Virus record (IMG/VR): IMGVR_UViG_3300044769_000068
Location: 36,620 to 100,619 of that record
Strand: one strand, 5' to 3'
Source: a virus
Length of the DNA: 64,000 bases
Shown here: positions 1 to 8,480 of the stretch, one piece after another
Layout: every line of letters starts with the position of its first letter
How positions within the stretch are numbered: position 1 is the first letter of the stretch
The notes under the pieces: model-generated
The model's database searches: none
What the model was told of the DNA's origin: nothing
What the model saw: the letters and a program-made list of their open reading frames with translations, nothing else
Program-made: the position numbers and the translations under genes

Positions 1-268
1 CCGAAACATTGAAATTCTCAATAGCAATCGGCTTTCCGCCTGGCGTAACAGGGTTTAGTTTCACATGGATCTTCTCTTCATTTGTGCAAGCTAGTTCTAA
101 CATAGCAGTACTCTCCTTTGACCACTTAAGCTTTGGCATTCCCACACTGTAGTTCCACGCTACATGATTGCAGAGTTTATGTACTTTGTGAGACGGAACG
201 CTATAGTAGTTGTTAACAATTGTTGCCGGGTGAATCGGACTACACTCAGCGTAGTTTTTATGTTTCAT
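1..268 (-). CDS. Hypothetical protein, runs off the window edge (MKHKNYAECSPIHP...)
   Basis: ATG at 268 preceded by GGAGG (276-280 on the minus strand); open frame to position 1; not in the ORF track. Confidence 0.6.
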   Translation of the reverse strand, partial: MKHKNYAECSPIHPATIVNNYYSVPSHKVHKLCNHVAWNYSVGMPKLKWSKESTAMLELACTNEEKIHVKLNPVTPGGKPIAIENFNVS

Positions 269-333
269 GATGCCACCTCCGCTTAGTGAATAAATTAAGT
301 CGATTCCCCCTCGGAAGTACGTTGTTAGAAAAA

Positions 334-1221
334 TTAGTTTCTTAGGGCAGTCCCGCAAACGCCACAGAATTCAAAGCTTGATTTCCACGTACGTCCGCAC
401 GTAGGACACACAAACTTTTCCCTTACAATCACAGGCTGCTGTACATAGGCTTTGTCTCTTGTCCCTTTCAATATGATAACTAATGAATGGACATTTGATT
501 CTAGTGCACTAGCATGAGCCGTCCCAAATTTCTGGAACGATTTAGAGCCTTCAACGGTGATACCTGCGTCGTTTGACAGAGAGCGTTTCAATAATCCTTC
601 TGGCTCTTCGCAGCGGAAAGTATCTGGGCCGTTCATTACAGCATTCATCGCATTTCCGACTTGCGACGTGAAACATGAAGACTTCGTCCCTCCACCTACA
701 GAATTAGACGCTGTGTAAGTTACGCCACCCAATGGCGCGCTAGTGTTCTGGACGCCGATCCAAAGGTTGTTTGGGCAACACCACGGACACATGCATCCCC
801 ATGGATGATTATTGTAATAATGATCGTGCTTATAGTTGTAGCGGATTTCCCTTACTTCTGGCAGAGGTTTTTCAAACTGCCAAGTGACTCGAATGATTCC
901 GTCGTCAATCTTGTCGCCTCTGAAATCACTTATTTGTTCGGTCTTTTCGATGAACTTGAATCTCCTACCTTCTGTGAGGCTCTCAACAAATCGTTCGATA
1001 TCAGCTGTATGGCCCGCTCGCATATAGAAACCACTTTCGCTGACTTTTCTGCCATCGATTTCGATGTGCACAACGGCGTTTCTTCCACCGAGATTCTTGA
1101 GTAGAAGCGAGTACTCTGAACCGAATGGAATAAAAACGGACGATTGGTTGTTTTGGATTTTCTCTCGGAGGATCTTCTTACCGACTTTTACAGAACACAC
1201 GAGTTTATTACTGTACATCAT
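334..1221 (-). CDS. Hypothetical protein with C-terminal zinc ribbon
   Basis: 295 aa ORF; CMCPWCC internal cluster and C-terminal CPTC...CGVC. Confidence 0.75.
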   Translation of the reverse strand: MMYSNKLVCSVKVGKKILREKIQNNQSSVFIPFGSEYSLLLKNLGGRNAVVHIEIDGRKVSESGFYMRAGHTADIERFVESLTEGRRFKFIEKTEQISDFRGDKIDDGIIRVTWQFEKPLPEVREIRYNYKHDHYYNNHPWGCMCPWCCPNNLWIGVQNTSAPLGGVTYTASNSVGGGTKSSCFTSQVGNAMNAVMNGPDTFRCEEPEGLLKRSLSNDAGITVEGSKSFQKFGTAHASALESNVHSLVIILKGTRDKAYVQQPVIVREKFVCPTCGRTWKSSFEFCGVCGTALRN

Positions 1222-1310
1222 GGCACGACCTTTCCCGGTATCTGACTAGTACCGTAGAGTTTAAAGTCAGATGGATTTTATGCAATTGTTTGTATGTAAA
1301 TTACCAAGAT

Positions 1311-1985
1311 TTAGTCATTTCTTATCCAGACAGCGTCTCCTTGATTGCCGCCTAAATAGAGCGGTATGTAATACATTTCTTTGAAATTGTAAAACTCCAA
1401 AAGATGCTTCACTTCGGCATACACGTGCTGATCTTTCCACACGGGCAACCACTCAACTTCAATGTGTATAGATTTCATAGCTCTTATTGCATCGCCAAAG
1501 CTAATGAGAACTTCCCAAGTAAACCCTTCTACATCTATTTTGACGAGATCTATTTCTGGTTCGTTGATGAGTTGCAAGAGCTGGACACCGTTTATAGCTA
1601 ACACATTGATCCAATTTATTGGATGTGGCGCGCCCCAATACTTAGAAATGAATTCAGTGTCGGCTGATAGAATAGAACTTGTTCCCACTATATGATCTGG
1701 AAATACTGTAGCGGGTATAGCATTGAATTTAATGACACCTGGCTGATTAGAGATAGCTAATTCAAAAGACCTGTATTGCGGAAAGTTTTTCACGATTTGT
1801 TTGAATGATTCGGGATGCGGCTCAACGATAAACATCTTGTTGTCGGGTATGTCGGCTAGTTTTTGCACTATTTCTGCATGGAGCGCATCTCTAGATCCAA
1901 TTTCTAGAAAGTTTTTTGGCGGCTCTTTGAAGCGCTCAAGATACGTCTTGTAATATTGTTCCATTATTTTATGTTCCCTTGCCAT
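1311..1985 (-). CDS. FkbM-family SAM-dependent methyltransferase
   Basis: FLEIGS, FIVEPHP, ELAIS, LVKIDVEG and IHIEV motifs in FkbM order. Confidence 0.85.
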   Translation of the reverse strand: MAREHKIMEQYYKTYLERFKEPPKNFLEIGSRDALHAEIVQKLADIPDNKMFIVEPHPESFKQIVKNFPQYRSFELAISNQPGVIKFNAIPATVFPDHIVGTSSILSADTEFISKYWGAPHPINWINVLAINGVQLLQLINEPEIDLVKIDVEGFTWEVLISFGDAIRAMKSIHIEVEWLPVWKDQHVYAEVKHLLEFYNFKEMYYIPLYLGGNQGDAVWIRND

Positions 1986-2617
1986 GGTTTGGGTGCGGTT
2001 GGGTCGATTGTAATATCGAACAATTCTGAGGTAAATGCTAAGTGATAGTTTTTAATCAGTTTTTTGATATAATCAGCCGGAACATTGCCGTCGTGCCAAT
2101 TTCCAGAATTATAAGCGTCTCCAGCTAATCCGATGAAGTTTACGTCGTTTGCTGTGCCGTCTTTGAATATCCTTCTGTTGAAAAATTTGACAACGGCAGT
2201 GATAGCGTATTCATCATTTCCGGCCTGACTGGGCGTAGGCGAGAAGCCCATTTCATAAAAACAAATGAACATTAGTTGGAAGCTGCTATATGAGCACGCA
2301 GCAGCGGATCCGTATTGTTCAACTAGCTCGAATTGCCTGCCTTTACAATATCGACCGCCTATATCATAAGCAGCTTCGTGTTTTGGCTTGTTGTTCTTTC
2401 CGCCAGATGATTCATTCAGACTGAACGCTCCTAGAAAAACCTGGGGATCGACTGGTTCAAGCGTGTCATCAACAACAAAAACTTGAGGGAACTTTAAGTA
2501 TACGGCGTTTCTTTTAATCAACTTTACTAATTCGGGCATTATAAGCTGAGACATAACTACCTCATTCGCCAAACATTTCGTCCGTCTCTTTCTTGGGCTT
2601 GCCATCTCCGAATCCAA
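1964..2617 (-). CDS. Lytic transglycosylase / lysozyme-fold protein (candidate endolysin)
   Basis: SLT-like motifs: NESSGG (catalytic Glu), SSFQLM (cf. GLMQLM) and AYNSG (cf. AYNAG). Confidence 0.65.
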   Translation of the reverse strand: MDSEMASPRKRRTKCLANEVVMSQLIMPELVKLIKRNAVYLKFPQVFVVDDTLEPVDPQVFLGAFSLNESSGGKNNKPKHEAAYDIGGRYCKGRQFELVEQYGSAAACSYSSFQLMFICFYEMGFSPTPSQAGNDEYAITAVVKFFNRRIFKDGTANDVNFIGLAGDAYNSGNWHDGNVPADYIKKLIKNYHLAFTSELFDITIDPTAPKPWQGNIK

Positions 2618-3962
2618 TTTCTGATAGATCTTCTATACTGAGATCATCTGATTCTTCGATTTTCATCCTTCGATAATCTATCTTGCAACCAATTTCTAGA
2701 CGAGCCTGTCCGCTTCTGTTTTTACCGACATATAATCGGAGTTTATTTCTTGTGAATTCTTCCTTCGTCTGTCTAGCTACAAGCACGAAATCCGCGATCA
2801 TAGCTTTCTCCCATGATTCAGATAAATTAGAGATATCTGACTCGGTCTTATCATATCCCGCGCGGTTAATCTGGGAGGCTGTCCAAACCGGGCACCCAAA
2901 CTCAGCTGCCAGAGCCTTCAATTGACGGTAGATAAGACCAAGGTCGGATCTGCGTTCAGCATTCTTTACAGACGACTTCATTAAGTCAGCATAATCCACT
3001 ATAATCAGGTCTGGCTTCTTACCACTAGACATAATCTTGCGTTTGATATAGAGGGAGAGCATGTCCTTAGTAAGGCATTCAGGCGGAAACTCTTTCAATA
3101 ACAAATGACTTTTGGGATTTGCCTCTATAAATTTTGTTACGTAACTATTGATGACGTCCGTCGGACTGTTGATAATATCAATAATCGGTTTGCCTGATAC
3201 AAGGCAATCGTATCTGGTCATAACTTCACTGGCTGTCATTTCAAGAGTAAAATGAAACACTGTTTTGCCTTGTAGTAGAGCCGCGTGACCGATATTGACT
3301 AAGAACAGCGATTTGCCGAAGCCTGGAGGAGCAGCAATGAAATAGAGTTTGTTCGGATATGCACCGCCAACACAAATATCATTAATCCTGTCTGAGAACG
3401 TCTTTATGATTTTGTGCGCGTTGACTAGTGTGCGATCCCGTTCTCTCTGAGCTACGTCATCTAGTTCCATCTCACCAAAGTCGGCCTCGAATGTTAGATC
3501 GTCAAGAAGTTTATAGATGTCAGACTTTATTACAGCGAGATCTTTCTCGTCCATGATACCGAGACTCATATTAGCATCGGCATTCTTGACAGAGGCTACG
3601 ATATGCTGAGCATTTTTGAGAAGGACAAAGCTTTCTAATTTTTCAATGAAATACTTGATGCAAGACATCTCATTTACTTCATTGGCTTCTCTGCGGACCA
3701 TGCCCTTCTCAATTATCTTTTCTAGCTTCTTGCCCCTAAACTTTTCAATGATATAGAACTTGTCTTTGTTGGTTAAACGATCTTTGATGGCTTCTACAAA
3801 TTCATCTTGCAATTCTGTATCGGCTAAAACTGGCTCGTCAAAGAAACGGAACTTTATGGCTTTTTCAAAAATGAATAGATTATACTCGTTTATAGATTCT
3901 AATAGAACGTTGACCAAATTGATGGTCATATCGTTACTAATAGTGATGTATTTTGTGATCAA
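2562..3962 (-). CDS. DnaB-like replicative helicase
   Basis: Walker A APPGFGKS, FTLEM, IIVDYADL, WTASQINR, GKNRSG; the stop overlaps the start of the next gene. Confidence 0.93.
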   Translation of the reverse strand: MITKYITISNDMTINLVNVLLESINEYNLFIFEKAIKFRFFDEPVLADTELQDEFVEAIKDRLTNKDKFYIIEKFRGKKLEKIIEKGMVRREANEVNEMSCIKYFIEKLESFVLLKNAQHIVASVKNADANMSLGIMDEKDLAVIKSDIYKLLDDLTFEADFGEMELDDVAQRERDRTLVNAHKIIKTFSDRINDICVGGAYPNKLYFIAAPPGFGKSLFLVNIGHAALLQGKTVFHFTLEMTASEVMTRYDCLVSGKPIIDIINSPTDVINSYVTKFIEANPKSHLLLKEFPPECLTKDMLSLYIKRKIMSSGKKPDLIIVDYADLMKSSVKNAERRSDLGLIYRQLKALAAEFGCPVWTASQINRAGYDKTESDISNLSESWEKAMIADFVLVARQTKEEFTRNKLRLYVGKNRSGQARLEIGCKIDYRRMKIEESDDLSIEDLSEIGFGDGKPKKETDEMFGE

Positions 3963-3978
3963 GTCTTCACCTCAAATA

Positions 3979-4049
3979 AATATTGGCAGGCTCGGAACGT
4001 TCTCGTTGATCCGATTTAATCTCCATGATAGGGGAGAACCTGCCATATT
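3979..4049 (-). ncRNA. Candidate structured intergenic RNA element upstream of the helicase
   Basis: Closing stem tggcag (3984-3989)/ctgcca (4040-4045) with two internal hairpins; see findings. Confidence 0.3.
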
Positions 4050-4050
4050 G

Positions 4051-4251
4051 CTAGTCTTTCAAGAAAGCTACTGCCAAACACGCGCCTCTAGACATGTTGA
4101 TGAAAAAAGGAAATCCGTCTTTTGTTCTGCCGTTGATCACTAAATTGGCGCTATTCGGAGTATCCTTTAGGTTGAGGGTTGTGTCGTCCTGTAAGTCTTC
4201 GATTACAACGGTCTTGTCTGGTTCGAATACGTTTGTGATTTTTATTTTCAT
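4051..4251 (-). CDS. Hypothetical protein
   Basis: 66 aa ORF with AAGGAG RBS, co-oriented with its neighbours. Confidence 0.7.
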   Translation of the reverse strand: MKIKITNVFEPDKTVVIEDLQDDTTLNLKDTPNSANLVINGRTKDGFPFFINMSRGACLAVAFLKD

Positions 4252-4291
4252 CGTATTCTCCTTTCGTGTTTACGTCTTTGCGACGTAATTG

Positions 4292-4990
4292 TTAGAACGG
4301 AATATCTTCGTCTAAGGAAACATCATTGAAAGCAGGCTTCCCAGCGCCTGAAGCCATCGCTCCCTGGTCGGGCGCATCTGCCGCGCCAGCAGCCGGAGCT
4401 CTGTGTGTAGAGCGACTGGCAGGATCTTCACCTGTTGCTTTTCCAGCAGCCTTGAGAGCTCTGTTTTCCTCGTAGATACGAGCATTTTCCTGCATGAAAG
4501 CCCAGGTGAAATGTGGCATCGTATTGACGATCCAGTAAGCCTCTTCCTCGGTGAGGGCAAAGGAAACTGAAGCGCTTTTGAGTGAGGAATAGAGCGTGAC
4601 GATAATCGTGTGGGCGAAGTTGTAAGGAGACTTTGCGTCGTCCTTGCCCTTATTCTCAACCCTCTTCAAGAAGAGGCTTGACTTCTTCTTCTCACCATTC
4701 ACTTCAAAATAGTGATCGATGGCATATCCGTCAGCAGGAACTGCTTTGCCTGCGTTGAGGATATTTTCTACGAACCGCTTGATTCGCAGACATTCTGTGT
4801 AGCCGAAAACCATGGAAAGCTTAAGGTCGTAATCGAACCTCTTTTCCACCGGGTTTCCATCAGGTCCCTTGAGCTGAGGTGCACATTCAATCTTGAACTT
4901 CGTTACGTCTTTGTAGGATCCAAGTTCGAATCTGAGACACGAGGTCTTGTGGTAAAATGTTTCTGAAACAATCGTCTTCGGTGTAGCCAT
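4292..4990 (-). CDS. Putative ssDNA-binding protein, Whirly/PC4-like fold, with SSB-type acidic tail
   Basis: CAPQ...RFDYDLKLSMVFGYTEC resembles the Whirly APA..R.YDW..K..F.LS..E pattern; second beta/alpha repeat ends FALTEEEA; C-terminus LDEDIPF. Confidence 0.55.
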   Translation of the reverse strand: MATPKTIVSETFYHKTSCLRFELGSYKDVTKFKIECAPQLKGPDGNPVEKRFDYDLKLSMVFGYTECLRIKRFVENILNAGKAVPADGYAIDHYFEVNGEKKKSSLFLKRVENKGKDDAKSPYNFAHTIIVTLYSSLKSASVSFALTEEEAYWIVNTMPHFTWAFMQENARIYEENRALKAAGKATGEDPASRSTHRAPAAGAADAPDQGAMASGAGKPAFNDVSLDEDIPF

Positions 4991-4992
4991 TG

Positions 4993-5148
4993 TTATTCTC
5001 CTTCTGGGTGTAGGTCTTTGTATTTACGACCACGTATGGTTAATTGTACAACGGATTGCGTATCGTCCAACGACGGTACCTTAATTATGTAGCCGTTCAC
5101 GTAAATGCCGATTGGAATCTCTACTTTCTCCTCTCCCTTTTTAACCAC
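4993..5148 (-). CDS. Small hypothetical protein (51 aa, MVKKGEEKVEIPIGIY...)
   Basis: GTG overlapping the upstream stop; fills the gap exactly; below the ORF-track cutoff. Confidence 0.55.
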   Translation of the reverse strand: MVKKGEEKVEIPIGIYVNGYIIKVPSLDDTQSVVQLTIRGRKYKDLHPEGE

Positions 5149-5977
5149 TTTTCGTAACATTTGTAGACTCCAATACTATATCTATCTTGCTTTTCTTTAT
5201 CTCGAATACTTTGGATCTCATTTTATCCAAATACTTGTTTCCTCTGTCTTTGTGTTTGGCCTTGTAGTATCTCTTGTCTGTTTTTACCTCTCTGTCTACG
5301 TCTTTTAGAAGAGCATGCGCAAACGGAAACACTTCGATCGCTATTCCTTGAAGCTTAAGTCCTGTTTTGTGCACTTCGACTATGTCTATAAGATACAATT
5401 CTTGAGCATGCAGCTTGCTGTTGAATTGAAACACTTTCTGCAGTTTTGTGTCGTCGATCTTTTGAGTTAAAGTCATTGCTGTGATTGAATCGCATAGCAT
5501 TATTTGCGCCGCATAAGCATTGCGGCATTTGATGGCTAAGAAATTCTTCACATGCTTGTTGAAACTATGCAGCGAAGCATTCTTGAATTCTTTTACATAC
5601 TCGAAGTTGACAACTCTTTTATCTCCGGGTTGTAATTCGCTTATTTTTACGAATGATAATTCTTCGTCCTTCTCTACGAGGATTTCTGTGTCGTCAGTAA
5701 ATAGGGCTGTAAGTCCTAATTCGTCTGTGATAGCGTACATGTCTCTGTAGCCAACACTTTGCATAGATTTTACATAGAGAGGAGTATGACGAGAGCTTAA
5801 GAGGGCTTCAGACGCTAATCTAGTATCAACTCTCTTGCCTTGTTTAAAGTGGTCCTCTTGTAAATTATAGAAATACTTATGAATATACTTCGCAACTTCT
5901 GTCGTTCTATATCTCGGCCCACCCCATCGAGCAGCATAGACAGATATAGTGTGCAGAAAGCTGAGAGGATGAACCAT
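5141..5977 (-). CDS. Hypothetical protein with degenerate Hint (intein-like) domain
   Basis: VGYRDMYAITDELG..FTDDTEILV...VKISELQPGD matches intein block B spacing; IDIVEVHKTG...IEV is block-F-like; catalytic Cys, His and Asn are absent. Confidence 0.55.
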   Translation of the reverse strand: MVHPLSFLHTISVYAARWGGPRYRTTEVAKYIHKYFYNLQEDHFKQGKRVDTRLASEALLSSRHTPLYVKSMQSVGYRDMYAITDELGLTALFTDDTEILVEKDEELSFVKISELQPGDKRVVNFEYVKEFKNASLHSFNKHVKNFLAIKCRNAYAAQIMLCDSITAMTLTQKIDDTKLQKVFQFNSKLHAQELYLIDIVEVHKTGLKLQGIAIEVFPFAHALLKDVDREVKTDKRYYKAKHKDRGNKYLDKMRSKVFEIKKSKIDIVLESTNVTKSG

Positions 5978-6294
5978 TAAAGCAGCCCTGTCCGGCCAAC
6001 AACTTTCCCGCCTTGCTTGGCTGTTGCTTTTCCTGTCGACTGGCCACCGACAATTCCCTGAGGGCCGCCCTGCTTATTGCTGTATTTTCTATAGGCTTTA
6101 GCTTTAATGCTGTTGTTCATGTTAATGCCGCCGGCAAAGTTTATGACTTGATCCTTCTTGTAGATTTTCTGGCCGCACAAGCATCTGCCGATGTCGTCTT
6201 CGTCATAAAGCTCTCTGTATTCGCTGAAAGTAAATATCGTCTCTTCTGATTTCTTGCATTTTGGGCATTTGAATTCGTAAATAGGCATTACCAT
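5977..6294 (-). CDS. FmdB-family zinc-ribbon protein
   Basis: MPIYEFKCPKC...CLCG signature. Confidence 0.8.
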   Translation of the reverse strand: MVMPIYEFKCPKCKKSEETIFTFSEYRELYDEDDIGRCLCGQKIYKKDQVINFAGGINMNNSIKAKAYRKYSNKQGGPQGIVGGQSTGKATAKQGGKVVGRTGLL

Positions 6295-8480
6295 CTCTCC
6301 ATTTCATTCATGTTTTGACCCTTATAAAGTTTGTAACTAAAGTTGGGTCGCAGTAACGTTTGTACATCTGTTTTGAAAACTTCATTCTGAATTAGTGTGG
6401 CTCCCTCTGCAATTATGTCTGGAACAGTGGCGAACACGCCAAATTCTACTTTGGCTGCATCAAGATGTTCATTCGGCACATTAAAGACAGCGGCGTCGAC
6501 ATTAAGGATACATTGCTTTATTTTCAGCTGTCTCGTATTTGCCAAGAATCTAAAGCAGTTCAATACCATAAGATCTGCAGTAGTAGATTGGAATGGAAAA
6601 TTGTGAGCGCTTAAGAACGACTTCCATAGGTTGTCTTTAGTAAGATCGTCCTCACTGAATCTCCGCTTTCTGAAGGATGTCGAGAAAACGCAAGCATTCT
6701 TTTCAAGGTAATCCTTCAGGTTGTTCTTATATTCTAACATCTTTCCATACTTATTATAGAATGCTACCTTATAGCTCTTCACATCTTCAACTCGCACACC
6801 TGCTTCGTTTGCAATAGTCGAATCGCCGGCCAGATTTAGCATGCTTAGAACAAACAGCTTAGCAATGTTTCTTTCCTTTTCGCCTATTTCTCCGCTAAAT
6901 AGTTCTTTTGCGAACCGCATGTAGAAGTCGCCATGTTCATTTAGATCGTTTATCATGTTTTCGTCTTGAACAATTAAAGCGGCTGATCTTAAATCGGCAG
7001 AGTCTAGATCAAGGTATACTAATGTATGCTCTGGATCGGCTTTAAAATGCACAGAACATTTTGAGCCAATTTTCATTCCGTTGAGGAAGGGTTTTCCGTA
7101 GTATAGTCGACCTGAAGTAGCCGAAAATACGAACAATTCAGGGTGCAACTTGCCGTCGCTTGAATCTTGGCACTTCTTTAAGGTGGGCTTTACAATGTTG
7201 TCTAGTTCCCATCCAGAACAAGCAGTTGATCCCTTTGCTAGTCCTTCGCAGTCAACAGTTATTCCATTCCATTCGCTTTCAAGCTTGACAGCCATTATTC
7301 TAGGGACTACTCTAGATGTGAATTTGGCAGCAATTGGGTCGAGCATAAGTTCTTCGTGCAACAATTCTGTAAGGGCATGTTCTCCAGCCGCATCGATAGC
7401 AGCATAAACTAAACTATTTGTGGCAGCTTCCATTATCTGTTCTATTGTATACGTTTTGTAGTTTTCAATGTAGTGGATGTACTTCATAACAAAAGAGTAT
7501 TGCGGGTAGTTAAGCAAGTCTCTAGAAGCAGCTTTAAGATTATAGCCCTCTACTTTTCTATTTTCTGATAAGGCATGAAGAAGCTGCATTCCATCCCATA
7601 TTCTATTGCACTTTAGGAATTCTTTGAAGTCTCTTCCATAGAAGTTGCACAACGAAAAGATGTCAAAGCCACAGTTCCAGGCAATAAATGTTTTGGGCTT
7701 TTCAAACAGATACTTTTCCCAGAGATCCTTTATTTCTTTGGCTTGTCCATTGGCAAGTCCGGCTACAAGACCCGGCAAGCTAAGATTGAACGCGTGGCCT
7801 ACGTTACCTTCAGTAGCCATTGAACCAATTCTTACGCTGTGCTTATTCTTGTCCCATATTTGCAAGCCATTTGTTTCTACGTCTATTGATACTCTAGTCC
7901 AATCGGGCAAGTCGAACATATTGTACAAATAAGCTTTAATTTCGTCGTAGTTGAAGTAAATCTTTGTCCGAGGTGAGAAGCCGTTTTCGACAACATCAAT
8001 TGGCCATTTGTGTCTTTCGGAGACGCTTTTCTGGAGATACGCTTCTCTTACTTCCGATTTGAAGTTGTTAGTGGCATCGACTAATGTTGTCATGAATGAT
8101 TCGAACGCTAGAAAAGTTTCTGGCTTAGACATTGTGAAGTCTATCGGTGGCATGAAAGCAATAAAGTAGTGCTTCTTGTCTCTACGAACGAAATACGAGA
8201 ACTTATGGACGTCCCTTTTAGGGTTGCCCGCCATCTTATCAAATTCGTCTATGTCTCTAAGGATGTGTTTGTATAGATTGCTGCCGAATACAATAAGGAT
8301 CTCGTCGTCCTTGATGTTGTAGCCTCTCATGGAGTCTACTCTATTAGCAACCTTAAGATTGATTTCTAGTTCTTTGTTCTTTTCTTTAATGTCCTTAAAG
8401 ATCTTAACTAGTTTTTCTAGATTCTCTTTCTTTTTAGCTGGCTCACATATAATTGTAATCATTCCTGAACCCGTTTGCAT
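6288..8480 (-). CDS. Family A DNA polymerase-like protein: degenerate UDG-like N-terminus, 3'-5' exonuclease, truncated polymerase domain
   Basis: ExoI IDVETNG, ExoII WNCGFD, ExoIII YAAID; TSGRL, DLDSADLR, RNIAK, NFPFQSTTAD and NVDA map to PolA motifs. Confidence 0.8.
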   Translation of the reverse strand: MQTGSGMITIICEPAKKKENLEKLVKIFKDIKEKNKELEINLKVANRVDSMRGYNIKDDEILIVFGSNLYKHILRDIDEFDKMAGNPKRDVHKFSYFVRRDKKHYFIAFMPPIDFTMSKPETFLAFESFMTTLVDATNNFKSEVREAYLQKSVSERHKWPIDVVENGFSPRTKIYFNYDEIKAYLYNMFDLPDWTRVSIDVETNGLQIWDKNKHSVRIGSMATEGNVGHAFNLSLPGLVAGLANGQAKEIKDLWEKYLFEKPKTFIAWNCGFDIFSLCNFYGRDFKEFLKCNRIWDGMQLLHALSENRKVEGYNLKAASRDLLNYPQYSFVMKYIHYIENYKTYTIEQIMEAATNSLVYAAIDAAGEHALTELLHEELMLDPIAAKFTSRVVPRIMAVKLESEWNGITVDCEGLAKGSTACSGWELDNIVKPTLKKCQDSSDGKLHPELFVFSATSGRLYYGKPFLNGMKIGSKCSVHFKADPEHTLVYLDLDSADLRSAALIVQDENMINDLNEHGDFYMRFAKELFSGEIGEKERNIAKLFVLSMLNLAGDSTIANEAGVRVEDVKSYKVAFYNKYGKMLEYKNNLKDYLEKNACVFSTSFRKRRFSEDDLTKDNLWKSFLSAHNFPFQSTTADLMVLNCFRFLANTRQLKIKQCILNVDAAVFNVPNEHLDAAKVEFGVFATVPDIIAEGATLIQNEVFKTDVQTLLRPNFSYKLYKGQNMNEMERW

